Notes: generated from the sequence alone by a model not told the origin. A DNA stretch of 64,000 bases from Saprospiraceae bacterium (GCA_016710265.1 JADJJL010000001.1:859553-923552), one strand, 5' to 3'; shown: positions 1-10,186, counted from the first letter of the stretch. Numbers and translations are program-made.

Positions 1-2
1 TG

Positions 3-1412
3 CTTAAAAAAGGTTTTACTGAAATTTGGAATCCACTAGACATTGCTAAAATTCAAAAGGAAGATACTTACTTACAAAGGCTTTTTAATGAAATTTCTGG
101 AATTTGTGGAATTCTGGCCATAGACCGTCTAAAAAAATGTGTACATCTTATCACAGATCCATTAGGCATGTGGCCAGTTTATATATACAATTCAGCTGAG
201 AAAATTGCTGTGAGCACACAGTTGAAGCATTTTATACATCAAGCTTATCCATTGCAATGGGATATGGAAGCCATTCAAAAATTTGTTGAGAATGGATATT
301 TTGACAATCATAGCTGTTGGTGGAAAGAAGTCAAAAAATTAAAAGCTGCCTGTGTATATACTTATGATGGTAAAAGTTTAAATTACCGCAGATATCAAAG
401 TTGGAATGATTTAAAGCCAGTTGTAAAAACTACACAAGAGTTTTGCTTGGAGTCAAAACAAATATTGCACAATCACATATCGCAATTTGATACAAAGAAC
501 AAAACTTGCATCATCGCATTGAGTGGAGGACGCGACAGCAGATGGATCAATTGGGTGTCGACACAGTATCATTCCACAGAATCATTTTCATTTGGCGAAC
601 CAAATTGCGCAGATCTTCGTATCGCTAAAAGCATTTCTGATGCACTTAAGCAAAAACACAAAGAATACCATTTAAATTATTCTAATTGGTATGAAGATCG
701 TCTGGATGAATTTATAAGTTGCGGAGGAATGCTGAGCCTCGAACATTTTCATGAAGGAAAATTAAATGATGAAATCAAAAAACATTCCAGTCAAGTATTA
801 ACTGGTTTCATGGGTGGCTTTGCTCCATCCAATGGGTACAAAAAGAATAAAAGAAAACATTTATATAAAAATTATTCCAAAGAGGATCTTGAATTCTATG
901 GTCAGCGTAGCTTGCATCCCTTACTCATAGATCAAAAGATGCGTAATTTAGCTGCACATCATTTGTATTTTCTTTCCAGGTATTATATTCTGGCCACCCC
1001 CTTCTATCATATGCCCTGGTTAAAACATTTTTATAGTGCGCATAAATCATTCTTCCAAGAACAATACCGCTATTCTAAAACCATTTATTTGGATTTGAAT
1101 AAAAAATTATCGGACATTCCATGGCAAAAAACCGGATTACCTATTTCTTTTGTTTTTTTGAATACTGTTATTCAATATACCAAGTTAGATGTTCTGTTTA
1201 GAAAGCTAAAATTATGGCTTGGAAATAAAATCGATTTTTACAACTACGCTAAAATCGAACCACAAATCCACGAACAAATTACCAAACATTTATCAAAGCT
1301 AAAACCTCTACTTCCTTTACGACCTACAAAAAATAAATCTTATCTCTTAAGGTATTTATCTTTACTCAGTTGGCAGCAATATGTATCTAATTTGCAAAAT
1401 CAAGCTGAATGA
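3..1412 (+). CDS. Asparagine synthase (AsnB)-family amidotransferase, 5' end outside window
   Basis: The frame is open from nt 3 through the listed ATG at 168 with no stop, so the N-terminus lies outside the window. It carries the PP-loop motif SGGRDS (ALSGGRDSRW) of AsnB-type synthetase domains. In-frame upstream residues LAIDRLKKCVHLITDPLGMWPVY resemble the end of the glutaminase domain. The stop overlaps the next gene start (ATGA at 1409-1412). Confidence 0.7.
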   Translation, partial: LKKGFTEIWNPLDIAKIQKEDTYLQRLFNEISGICGILAIDRLKKCVHLITDPLGMWPVYIYNSAEKIAVSTQLKHFIHQAYPLQWDMEAIQKFVENGYFDNHSCWWKEVKKLKAACVYTYDGKSLNYRRYQSWNDLKPVVKTTQEFCLESKQILHNHISQFDTKNKTCIIALSGGRDSRWINWVSTQYHSTESFSFGEPNCADLRIAKSISDALKQKHKEYHLNYSNWYEDRLDEFISCGGMLSLEHFHEGKLNDEIKKHSSQVLTGFMGGFAPSNGYKKNKRKHLYKNYSKEDLEFYGQRSLHPLLIDQKMRNLAAHHLYFLSRYYILATPFYHMPWLKHFYSAHKSFFQEQYRYSKTIYLDLNKKLSDIPWQKTGLPISFVFLNTVIQYTKLDVLFRKLKLWLGNKIDFYNYAKIEPQIHEQITKHLSKLKPLLPLRPTKNKSYLLRYLSLLSWQQYVSNLQNQAE

Positions 1413-2539
1413 AGGTCCTTCACATCTTGGATTATTACTTGCCGGTGACGATGAATTGGATCGCTCGATTAATCGAAAGTACAGAGGACGAAGCTACACA
1501 CTACATCAGCTCTAAATATTATAGTCCTGAACAAGCCAAACTTGATAACCGATTTAAAAGTTTCGGAATCGCTTCTTCCTATCCTGTTAAAACTTCCAAA
1601 AAATTAATTCATTTATTCTTCAAACGAGCATTCGAACAACAAATTGAAAAATTCATCCAACATGAAAATATTGAAATCCTTCATTTTCACTTTGGCAACA
1701 TAGCCATAGAAAACATTCGACTCATCAGAAAATTTGGTGATCGATCCATTGTCTCTCTTTACGGCTATGATTATGAATATTTGTACCATCTAAAAACATC
1801 CACAAAAAAATATTATCAAGAAATGGTATCCTACGGAGTACAATTTGTGGTAGAGGGTAGTTATAGTAAAAGCTGGCTTGAATCCATTCAAATTCCATCG
1901 GCAAATATAAAGATGGTTCATATGCTATTTCCAAAAGAATTAAAAAAAGAAAAGCACTTTACCAATTCCAAAATTCTGCTCTCCCAACCAGCGACTTATA
2001 CAGAAAAGAAAGGGCAGGATAGTTTTCTGTATGCTTTGGCTTCTTCTAAGAATAAAGATCGCTTTTTGGTCCAAATGCATGGAGAAATAGCCGATTCCTA
2101 TTATTACAAAGAATTACAGAAAATAATCAAATTGGGAAATTTAAAGCAAGTGACCTTGGGTACTAAAATTTCATTTGAGGAGTACGGAAAACTATTGCAA
2201 AAATCCAATTTCATCGTTAATCTTAGTCAAAGAAGCAAAAACAATGATACTGAAGGAGGTGTGCCAATGATTTTAAAAGACGCACTCGCTTCCGGAACAC
2301 CTGTTTTAACAACTATCCATTGTGATATTCCGGATTGGATTTCTCATGGATACAATGGATTTATAAACCATGAAAGGGATATCTCCGGTATCACAGATTC
2401 ATTGCAATACATTGCACAACTTTCTCAATCTGATTATCAGCGATTATGTTTTTCTGCAATTGAAACAGTTCGACTGAAATTAAAAGCGCAAATCACTAAA
2501 AATGAATTGATAGATCTTTACCATGGTAGAATCCACTAA
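1409..2539 (+). CDS. Glycosyltransferase, GT-B fold (family 4/group 1-like)
   Basis: C-terminal region TEGGVPMILKDALASGTPVLTTIHCDIPDWISHGYNGF matches the retaining GT4 E-x7-E neighbourhood. There is an ATGA overlap with the upstream gene and a 17-nt overlap with the downstream gene. Confidence 0.75.
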   Translation: MKVLHILDYYLPVTMNWIARLIESTEDEATHYISSKYYSPEQAKLDNRFKSFGIASSYPVKTSKKLIHLFFKRAFEQQIEKFIQHENIEILHFHFGNIAIENIRLIRKFGDRSIVSLYGYDYEYLYHLKTSTKKYYQEMVSYGVQFVVEGSYSKSWLESIQIPSANIKMVHMLFPKELKKEKHFTNSKILLSQPATYTEKKGQDSFLYALASSKNKDRFLVQMHGEIADSYYYKELQKIIKLGNLKQVTLGTKISFEEYGKLLQKSNFIVNLSQRSKNNDTEGGVPMILKDALASGTPVLTTIHCDIPDWISHGYNGFINHERDISGITDSLQYIAQLSQSDYQRLCFSAIETVRLKLKAQITKNELIDLYHGRIH

Positions 2540-3674
2540 AATTGTATTGATCAGTCCAATAGGCAGTTCTAAGAGAAATCCCAGATCGATTAGAATTAAT
2601 AATATATACCAATGTCTAAAAAGTGAATGTGAAACTATATGGCTTCATGAAACGAAAGTACAATCAAAAAGATCAGATCCTAAGATTTTTAAATTTCTTC
2701 AATCCAATAAAGCATTTAGAACGACCCTTGCCTTTTTTAAATTATTTGTATTTCCAGATCGTTTTGCTATTCAGAATTTATTCTTGATGCTTAAAATCTG
2801 GACTAATTATAGAAAAGAAGCCTGTGTTTTTATTAGTTTTTCTCCTCCATTTAGTACACATTGGTTGTTCTATTTGATTAAAAAACAGATGCCAAAAGCT
2901 ATTTGGATTACAGATATTGGAGATCCATTCCACCAAAATCCTAGCAATCGTTTTTATAATTTCCTGGAAAAAACCGCTTTCCGTTTAGAAAATAAAGTTC
3001 TACAATCAGTCAATAAAATAGTGGTGAATTCATTGTCTATTAAGGAACTTTTTATTCAAAAATACAAAATTCACCCTGATAAAATTAGCATCATTTACAA
3101 TGGGCCATCCATTGATTTTAAAAATATTGCATCTATTCCATCAGATGAAATTATATTCCTTTATGCCGGCAATACTTATACTCCCATCAGAGAAGGAATT
3201 CAGGAAACTCAAATTATTCTTGATATCATCCATCAATTAAAAAAACTAAATTACATCGCCAAATTTATTTTAATAGGTCATCAGCACGAATCTTTAAAGA
3301 GAAAATTCAAAGGCCACAAAGAAATTAATTTTATAAATCATTCTTCAGAAAAAGATCTTATACATTGGTATCAAAAAACAAGTTTTCTGGTGAATTTGGC
3401 GAATTTAAACTATCCGGGTGTACCCAGTAAACTTTCCGAATACAGGGCAACAGGATTACCTATACTCTGTTTTGAGTATGATAACAACATAGCCATAAAA
3501 ACCTATCTGGAAAATTATACTAAAATATATCATATTCAGATAACAGAACCACGAGTAGAATATTTACTTGATTTCATTTTAAAAAATAAAGATGCAAACA
3601 TTGAACCCAATATGGATGAAATTGAAACCATTAAGAAAAAATGGATCAGCTTAATTAATACCATTAAAAAATAA
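2523..3674 (+). CDS. Probable glycosyltransferase (GT-B-like), weakly supported
   Basis: Size and C-terminal pattern (VPSKLSEYRATGLPILCFEY) resemble GT-B enzymes. It is translationally coupled to the preceding glycosyltransferase. No stronger motif was recognised. Confidence 0.5.
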   Translation: MVESTKIVLISPIGSSKRNPRSIRINNIYQCLKSECETIWLHETKVQSKRSDPKIFKFLQSNKAFRTTLAFFKLFVFPDRFAIQNLFLMLKIWTNYRKEACVFISFSPPFSTHWLFYLIKKQMPKAIWITDIGDPFHQNPSNRFYNFLEKTAFRLENKVLQSVNKIVVNSLSIKELFIQKYKIHPDKISIIYNGPSIDFKNIASIPSDEIIFLYAGNTYTPIREGIQETQIILDIIHQLKKLNYIAKFILIGHQHESLKRKFKGHKEINFINHSSEKDLIHWYQKTSFLVNLANLNYPGVPSKLSEYRATGLPILCFEYDNNIAIKTYLENYTKIYHIQITEPRVEYLLDFILKNKDANIEPNMDEIETIKKKWISLINTIKK

Positions 3675-3731
3675 CCAAACGAAAATAGATAAATAGAACC
3701 TAAATTTGAGATTAATTTAATAGAACATAAG

Positions 3732-4883
3732 ATGAATATTGTTTCAAAATTACCTGCTGTTAAGGAATCCGTTTTTGCCAGAATGACTGCATTGGCCAAT
3801 CAACGTCAAGCCATTAATCTTGCACAGGGATTTCCTGATTTTAATCCACCAAAAGAATTGATTGAAAATTTATACAATGCGGCATCCTCAAATTTTAATC
3901 AATATGCTCCAATGCCCGGAGTTTTGAATTTGCGCAATGAAATTTGCAATCGCTTGTTGAATAGATATCATTTTAAAGCCAATCCAGAGACCGATATTGT
4001 AGTCACTGCAGGTGCCACCCAGGCTCTATTTACCATCATCAGCGCTTTCATTTCTAAAAATGACAAAGTGCTCATCATAGAACCAGCTTATGATTCATAC
4101 GTCCCTGCTGTCATTTCGAATGGCGGTGAACCGATATATATATCGCTTAAAGCACCCGATTTTAAATTTCCTTTAGAGGAATTAAAAAACATGCTTGAGC
4201 GTCATACCATTAAGATGATCATGATCAACAACCCTCATAATCCTTGCGGGTCCATACTCAGTAAAGATGAAATGGAATCTTTAAGAATAATTCTTTCTGA
4301 TTACCAGGGTATCATTGTTTGGGATGAGGTCTATGACTATTTAGTGTTTGACGATTTACAGCATCAAAGCGCATTATTGTACGAAGATCTGATGACGAAA
4401 AGTGTGGTGGTTTATTCCATGGGAAAAACACTTCACAACACTGGATGGAAAGTGGGCTATACCGTTTCAAATGCTGATATTGCAAAAGAAATTAAAAAAT
4501 TACATCAGTTCACGGTGTTCTCTGTGAATACACCTGCACAACAAGCCATTGCAGAGTTTATGTCGGCTAATCCAACATTTTTTAATGCGCTTCCAAAATT
4601 TTATCAAGATAAAAGAGATTTTTTTCTGAAGTGCATGGAAGGATTGTCACTCAATTTTTACACTCCTCAAGGAAGCTATTTTGCCTTGGCAGATTTTAAG
4701 TCTTGGTTTCAAGGGAATGATGAGGAAGCCGCTGTAAAATTGGTTTCTGAATGCGGTGTTGCTGCAATCCCACTTTCACCTTTTTATCATGATTCCTATG
4801 ATCCAGGAATGCTCAGATTCTGCTTTGCCAAAAAAGAAGAAACGATTCTACGGGCCGCAGAAAAGTTGCATCAATTGTTATAA
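3732..4883 (+). CDS. PLP-dependent aminotransferase class I/II (YbdL/kynurenine-type, methionine aminotransferase-like)
   Basis: Motifs AINLAQGFPDF and NNPHNPCG, plus the PLP-lysine region YSMGKTLHNTGWKVGY. Confidence 0.85.
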   Translation: MNIVSKLPAVKESVFARMTALANQRQAINLAQGFPDFNPPKELIENLYNAASSNFNQYAPMPGVLNLRNEICNRLLNRYHFKANPETDIVVTAGATQALFTIISAFISKNDKVLIIEPAYDSYVPAVISNGGEPIYISLKAPDFKFPLEELKNMLERHTIKMIMINNPHNPCGSILSKDEMESLRIILSDYQGIIVWDEVYDYLVFDDLQHQSALLYEDLMTKSVVVYSMGKTLHNTGWKVGYTVSNADIAKEIKKLHQFTVFSVNTPAQQAIAEFMSANPTFFNALPKFYQDKRDFFLKCMEGLSLNFYTPQGSYFALADFKSWFQGNDEEAAVKLVSECGVAAIPLSPFYHDSYDPGMLRFCFAKKEETILRAAEKLHQLL

Positions 4884-4913
4884 TCCAAAAATGCTGTTTA
4901 AAGAAAACAAATT

Positions 4914-5666
4914 TCAAAAATTCTTTTGGATGAGGTGTGATTGACTGGCGTAAGTAGTTGTTATATTTTCTTTTGTGAATACATCAGAGGTATTGCCAAT
5001 GGCAATTAATCGTTGGTTAATTAAAATAACCCTGTCAAAATAATTTTGCACAGAATCAAGATCATGGTGCACCACCAAAATCGTTTTTCCTTTGGCAGCC
5101 AATGATTTTAAAGTTTGAATGATTTTGGCTTCCGTTTGCACATCCACTCCCACAAAGGGTTCATCCATCAAATAAATTTCTGCATTCTGACACAAGGCCC
5201 TGGCTAAAAAACACCTTTGCTGTTGACCGCCCGAAAGCTCTCCAATTTGCCTATTTTTAAATTTAAGGATATTTAATTCAGCCATGGCAGACTCAGCCAT
5301 TTTTTTATCTTCTTCAGTCACACGTTGAAACCATTTTAAATGTGCAAATCTTCCCATTAGGACGATGTCTTCCACCGTCGCAGGAAACTGCCAATCCACA
5401 TGGTCTTTTTGAGGTACGTAGGCAATGCTTGTGATAGAAGATTGTAAATCATTTTTAAGAATGCGAATGGTACCTGCATTGGGCTCAATTTGGCCCAACA
5501 AACATTTGAACAAGGTTGATTTTCCTGCACCATTGGGACCAATTAGGCCATAAATATGTCCCTTTGATATTTTGAGAAAAATATTGGAAAGCACTCTTTT
5601 GTTTCCATAGGCCACATTTAGGCCATTGATTTCTATAGAAGGATTATCGTCTAAATTTTGTGACAT
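4914..5666 (-). CDS. Metal (Mn/Zn/Fe) ABC transporter ATP-binding protein
   Basis: Walker A GPNGAGKST, ABC signature LSGGQQQR, Walker B IYLMDEPF. It lies directly downstream of a ZnuA/TroA-type binding protein. Confidence 0.85.
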   Translation of the reverse strand: MSQNLDDNPSIEINGLNVAYGNKRVLSNIFLKISKGHIYGLIGPNGAGKSTLFKCLLGQIEPNAGTIRILKNDLQSSITSIAYVPQKDHVDWQFPATVEDIVLMGRFAHLKWFQRVTEEDKKMAESAMAELNILKFKNRQIGELSGGQQQRCFLARALCQNAEIYLMDEPFVGVDVQTEAKIIQTLKSLAAKGKTILVVHHDLDSVQNYFDRVILINQRLIAIGNTSDVFTKENITTTYASQSHLIQKNF

Positions 5667-6653
5667 TTATTTTCGGTTTACTAAAAATAACAAAGTCAAA
5701 GTAATTAAATAAAAAAGGAAAATTCCCAGATAAATGAATGTTTTTGATTCTTGCTCATTTTCATTCATCTTATTTTTTACAGTGATCAATCCCTCTGCAA
5801 TAATTCTTGCATTGTGTTTCATCATGCCAATATAAGTTCCTGCTTCTACTTTTGGATCACCCAATGAGTCTGCATAGAGTTTACCTCCAATTTGAATATT
5901 GTTTTCTTGTCGGATTTGTTGAATTAATTTTGGATTGATTGTACTTTCTGCAAAAATTGAATTTATTTGATGCTTGCGAATAATTTGATTTACTTTGACA
6001 ATCGTAGCAGACTGTACATCACTTTCAGTGGAAGTGCCTTGCAAAGGTTGCAATTGTAATCCATAGGCTTTTCCGAAATACTGAAATCCGTCATGACTTG
6101 TAATTAGAATTCTTTTATGATTAGGAATTTTTTCTATTTCTAATAAAATGAATTGATGCAAAGCATCCAATTCTTTGAGGTACAAATCTAAATTAAAACG
6201 ATATTCTTCGGTGTGCAAAGGATCTAAATCTGAAAGACTTTTAAAAATATTCAAACAATATTTTTTTACGTTCATCACGTCCATCCAAGCATGTGGATCC
6301 GTAGCATTCTGATGCTCTGTATTGGTGATGGGATTAATTCCTTCAGTGAGCAATATACTTTTTGCCTGACCGCTTGCATTTTTAATTAATTTTGAAAGCC
6401 AACCCTCAAAAGTTAATCCATTGATTAAAATAATATCTGCCTTTGAGACTTTCAATAAATCTGAAGGAGTAGGCTCATACAAATGTGGATCAGATCCTAC
6501 CGGAACGATATAATCCAAATCAATCATTTCTCCTCCAATAACAGCGGCCATGTCTGCCCATATCGAACAAGTGGCCAACACTTTTGGCTTTGCAGCTTGT
6601 GCATAAACAATACAGGAAAAGAAAATTAAAATTTGAGTGATTATAATTTTCAT
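5667..6653 (-). CDS. Metal ABC transporter substrate-binding protein (ZnuA/TroA, cluster A-I) with extra C-terminal TM segment
   Basis: N-terminal signal peptide. Metal-ligand regions SDPHLYEPTP, DPHAWMD and ITSHDGFQYF. After the binding domain there is an extra tail ending in the hydrophobic stretch FIYLGIFLFYLITLTLLFLV (nt 5679-5738). Confidence 0.85.
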   Translation of the reverse strand: MKIIITQILIFFSCIVYAQAAKPKVLATCSIWADMAAVIGGEMIDLDYIVPVGSDPHLYEPTPSDLLKVSKADIILINGLTFEGWLSKLIKNASGQAKSILLTEGINPITNTEHQNATDPHAWMDVMNVKKYCLNIFKSLSDLDPLHTEEYRFNLDLYLKELDALHQFILLEIEKIPNHKRILITSHDGFQYFGKAYGLQLQPLQGTSTESDVQSATIVKVNQIIRKHQINSIFAESTINPKLIQQIRQENNIQIGGKLYADSLGDPKVEAGTYIGMMKHNARIIAEGLITVKNKMNENEQESKTFIYLGIFLFYLITLTLLFLVNRK

Positions 6654-7324
6654 AAGGCATTTTCTTTTACTAAAATGTCTTTGGTCACATCAAATCCTAA
6701 GGTCATGGTTTTGTTTTGATCATTGACCAAGGTCAAGGACTTATTAAAATGGGTGTAGTCTATGACTTTAAGAATGGTTCCAGGTCGTATATCCATGGTA
6801 TCCAGAAATTTTAAAAACTCCTGATCTGAATTTTTTACACCGAGGATAGATACTAATATGTCCTTGTTCTTAATATTGGATAAAGGCGTTTGGGCACGAT
6901 AGGTAAAACTACCGGATTGGTTAGGTATAGGATCACCATGAGGATCAAATTTTGGGTGCCCTAGAAAAACTTCAAGACGATTTATAAGTTCATCAGATTG
7001 CACATGTTCAAGTTGTTCGGCCATGTCATGAATTTCATCCCATTTAAAATGCAGAGAGTCATGGAGGAACACTTCCCATATTCTGTGTTTCCGAATTAAT
7101 TGCAATGCATTTTTTAGACCCTCTTTGGTGAGGCTAACACCATAATATTTTTCATAATGAATCAAATTCTTGTCTGCCAATTTACGAAGCATGTCACTCA
7201 CCGATGCCGCAGACGTTCCAATCTCAAGGGCAATCGCATTGGTCGAACTATTTTGATCTCCCGATCGTTCTGAGATTTTATATATCGCTTTCAGGTAATT
7301 TTCTTCAGTGGAAGTGAGTCCCAT
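6650..7324 (-). CDS. DtxR/MntR-family metal-dependent transcriptional regulator with C-terminal FeoA/SH3-like domain
   Basis: N-terminus TEENYLKAIYKI is typical of DtxR-family winged HTH proteins. A dimerisation/metal domain (HRIWEVFL...HDMAEQLEH) follows, then a FeoA-like tail. The stop overlaps the binding-protein start by 4 nt. Confidence 0.85.
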   Translation of the reverse strand: MGLTSTEENYLKAIYKISERSGDQNSSTNAIALEIGTSAASVSDMLRKLADKNLIHYEKYYGVSLTKEGLKNALQLIRKHRIWEVFLHDSLHFKWDEIHDMAEQLEHVQSDELINRLEVFLGHPKFDPHGDPIPNQSGSFTYRAQTPLSNIKNKDILVSILGVKNSDQEFLKFLDTMDIRPGTILKVIDYTHFNKSLTLVNDQNKTMTLGFDVTKDILVKENAL

Positions 7325-7371
7325 AAATATAATTTAGGCAAAGTTAAAAAAATATTTAAACTACTTAAAAA

Positions 7372-7947
7372 ATGAATACAAATTTTGAAATAATCAGCCA
7401 AATAATACGTCATCGTAGATCGGTTTATCCTCATCAATTTAAACCAGGCTTAATAGCTGAAACATTGATAGACAAGATCTTAGAAAATGGCATTTGGGCC
7501 CCAAATCATAAAATGACTCAACCTTGGAGATATATTAGAATTCAAGGAAAAGCATTACTAGAATTATCTAATTTCTTGGCCGACTGGTATAAATCCAATA
7601 CTCCAGCTGATCAATTTTCCGAAATGAAATGGAAAAAAGCGGGAGAGCGGCCGCTTCAAAGTGCCTATGTTTTGGCCATCTGCATTTCAAGAAGCCCGGT
7701 TTCGGTTGTACCTGAATGGGAGGAAACGTCAGCTTTGGCCATGTCTGTGCAAAATATTTGGTTAAGTTGTGCAGCTTTAAATATTGGAGCATATTGGAGC
7801 ACCCCGGGAGCTATAAAAGGAATTGGTTCCTTATTAAATCTGACTGGACAAGAGGAATGTTTGGGTTTATTTTACATGGGATGGGCCCCGGACCTGATTC
7901 CTGATTCCACACGAATTCCTGTAGATAAAATATCCAGGTATCTATGA
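7372..7947 (+). CDS. Nitroreductase-family protein
   Basis: RRSVYPHQF and APNHKMTQPWRY motifs typical of FMN nitroreductase-fold proteins; length about 190 aa. Confidence 0.8.
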   Translation: MNTNFEIISQIIRHRRSVYPHQFKPGLIAETLIDKILENGIWAPNHKMTQPWRYIRIQGKALLELSNFLADWYKSNTPADQFSEMKWKKAGERPLQSAYVLAICISRSPVSVVPEWEETSALAMSVQNIWLSCAALNIGAYWSTPGAIKGIGSLLNLTGQEECLGLFYMGWAPDLIPDSTRIPVDKISRYL

Positions 7948-7959
7948 TTTTATAAAAAA

Positions 7960-7992
7960 ATAGTGCCCATTGCCAAAAGCGACGGACACTAT
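7960..7992. terminator. Possible bidirectional hairpin between convergent genes
   Basis: ATAGTGCC (7960-7967) pairs with GGACACTAT (7984-7992), with one bulge and a 16-nt loop. It sits between the stop at 7947 (+) and the stop at 8012 (-). A/T runs flank it. Confidence 0.35.
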
Positions 7993-8011
7993 TTAATAGT
8001 TCATGAAACGT

Positions 8012-8422
8012 TTATTTTCTTCCGAGCCACCATCCGACGACTCCTCCAATTACACCGCCCATCACTATGACAAGCGCTATATCAAGGAATGCTCCATTTA
8101 AAGTAAAAATTTTGGTCGTAGCATAAGAAATCATATCCCAACCCACACTCATAAAAAGTCCAATGACGGCACCTGCTCTAAGTCCAGTCATAAAAGTGCT
8201 AATAGAAGTCCAGGTTGCATAAATATAGGCAGTGAACATCCCCATGGATAAATTTCCTAAAATTAATGCCCACCAGATCATGTCTGCATCTGCCCTCATA
8301 ATTCCGGGCATTCCTGCTAATTCATTGGTCATATCTCTAAATAAAATCCCATAAAGAAGAAATCCCAATAAATAACTGGTAACTCCTCCGATTAATCCTG
8401 CGATCAGTGTTTTTGTTGACAT
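8012..8422 (-). CDS. Small integral membrane protein (about 4 TM helices), function unknown
   Basis: 136 aa, Gly/Ile/Leu-rich hydrophobic segments throughout. No catalytic motif recognised. Confidence 0.6.
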   Translation of the reverse strand: MSTKTLIAGLIGGVTSYLLGFLLYGILFRDMTNELAGMPGIMRADADMIWWALILGNLSMGMFTAYIYATWTSISTFMTGLRAGAVIGLFMSVGWDMISYATTKIFTLNGAFLDIALVIVMGGVIGGVVGWWLGRK

Positions 8423-8581
8423 AAAATTTGATTTTGTTGGTTAAAAAATAATTTGTTTGAGGTATAAAAATACAAAATATTAACTAGATCATATGAAGAA
8501 TTAATAAAATTTAATCTTAGTCTTCAAAAATAATTCTCGAAATCACCAATTTGCCTATTTTTGTAGATAACATGAATTGAG

Positions 8582-10141
8582 ATGATACTCTTTAAAACAT
8601 ATTCAGCAGCTGTATATGGCGTGGATGCTAAAACCATCACTGTAGAGGTGAACGCCGGTGGAATTGTCGTAGCCGGCAAAAGCAATTACTTTTTGGTTGG
8701 ACTTCCTGACAATGCCGTTAAGGAAGGACATCAAAGGATTGAAGCCGCCATTAAAAACATTGGATTTCAATTTCCAAGGGTAAAATTGGTGATCAATCTT
8801 GCTCCGGCAGATTTAAGAAAGGAAGGCTCTGCCTATGATTTGCCCATTGCTCTGGCTATTTTGGCAGCCACTAAACAAATCCAAGGTGATCTTTTAGATC
8901 GCTATATGATTTTGGGCGAACTGTCCCTCGACGGAGGACTACGACCCATTAAAGGCGCTTTGCCCATTGCCATTCAAGCCAGAAAAGAAGAATACAAGGG
9001 AATTATCATTCCAGAACAAAATGCTAGAGAAGCGGCCATCGTCAATCAATTGGAAGTAATTGGAATCAATAACTTATCTGAAGCGGTAGAATTTATCAAT
9101 GGCACAAAAAAAATAAGCCCAACCAGTTTTGATACCCGAGAAGAGTTTGCCTATCATCAAAACCAGTTTAGTAAAGATTTTTCTGATGTCAAAGGTCAAC
9201 AGAATATCAAAAGATCATTGGAGATCGCTGCAGCTGGAGGCCACAACGTCATCCTGATTGGTCCACCCGGAGCTGGCAAAACCATGTTGGCTCAGAGGAT
9301 GCCATCCATCTTGCCTCCCTTAAGTTTGTATGAAGCTTTAGAGACTACAAAAATTCATTCTGTTGCTGGAGTTCTACCTGGAAGATCAGGATTAGTGTCG
9401 GTTCGTCCTTTTCGCGCCCCACACCATACCATTAGCGATGTGGCATTGGTGGGAGGTGGAAGTCACCCTTCCCCAGGAGAAATTTCGTTGGCCCACAATG
9501 GTGTTCTTTTTTTGGATGAGCTTCCGGAATTTAAGCGAACTGTTTTGGAGGTTTTACGTCAACCCATGGAAGAAAGGAAAGTGACGATCAGCAGAGCCAA
9601 AGTCAGTCTAGATTACCCTGCCAGTTTTATGCTCATCGCTTCTATGAATCCCTGTCCATGTGGATTTTACAATCACCCTGAAAAGGAATGTGTTTGCGGG
9701 CCCGGAGTCGTCAAAAAATACTTATCCCGCATCAGCGGCCCTTTGCTGGATCGAATTGATATTCATGTGGAGGTAACTCCGGTCTCGAGTACCGAATTAA
9801 TGGAAACTCCCAAAAGTTCTGAAGACTCATCCATGATTAGAGAAAGGGTTATCAAAGCCAGAGAAAAACAAGAAATCAGATTTAAAAAATGGGAGGGTTT
9901 ACATTCCAATTCCATGATGAGCGCCAAGATGGTGGATGAAATTTGTCAGATCAATCCAGCCGGAATAAATCTATTAAAAACCGCGATGCAAAAACTTCAA
10001 CTTTCTGCAAGAGCCTATGATCGTATTCTAAAAGTTTCCCGAACCATCGCAGATCTTGACAGCAGCGAAGATATTAAAATAGAGCATCTGGCAGAGGCCA
10101 TCCATTTTAGGAGCTTGGATCGCGAGGGTTGGGCTGGGTAA
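8582..10141 (+). CDS. comM: YifB/ComM-family Mg-chelatase-like AAA+ ATPase
   Basis: Lon-protease-like N-terminal domain (YSAAVYGVDAKTITVEV), Walker A GPPGAGKTM, Walker B LFLDELPEF, Cys cluster CPCGFYNHPEKECVCG. Length 519 aa. Confidence 0.9.
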   Translation: MILFKTYSAAVYGVDAKTITVEVNAGGIVVAGKSNYFLVGLPDNAVKEGHQRIEAAIKNIGFQFPRVKLVINLAPADLRKEGSAYDLPIALAILAATKQIQGDLLDRYMILGELSLDGGLRPIKGALPIAIQARKEEYKGIIIPEQNAREAAIVNQLEVIGINNLSEAVEFINGTKKISPTSFDTREEFAYHQNQFSKDFSDVKGQQNIKRSLEIAAAGGHNVILIGPPGAGKTMLAQRMPSILPPLSLYEALETTKIHSVAGVLPGRSGLVSVRPFRAPHHTISDVALVGGGSHPSPGEISLAHNGVLFLDELPEFKRTVLEVLRQPMEERKVTISRAKVSLDYPASFMLIASMNPCPCGFYNHPEKECVCGPGVVKKYLSRISGPLLDRIDIHVEVTPVSSTELMETPKSSEDSSMIRERVIKAREKQEIRFKKWEGLHSNSMMSAKMVDEICQINPAGINLLKTAMQKLQLSARAYDRILKVSRTIADLDSSEDIKIEHLAEAIHFRSLDREGWAG

Positions 10142-10186
10142 ATATATATGAGAATTTTATAAACTACATTTCCGAATAAATCAATT

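Noticed and set aside
4866-4932. ATCCAAAA ... TTTTGGAT 8-bp inverted repeat between the aminotransferase and ABC ATPase genes, considered as a bidirectional terminator.
   Set aside because: The loop is over 30 nt and the right arm lies inside the ATPase coding sequence. It is too weak to call.
7325-7371. Possible DtxR/MntR operator in the divergent region between the regulator gene and the nitroreductase gene (TTTAGGCAAAGTTAAA).
   Set aside because: Only the outer 4 bp are palindromic, and I could not match a known MntR/DtxR box with confidence.
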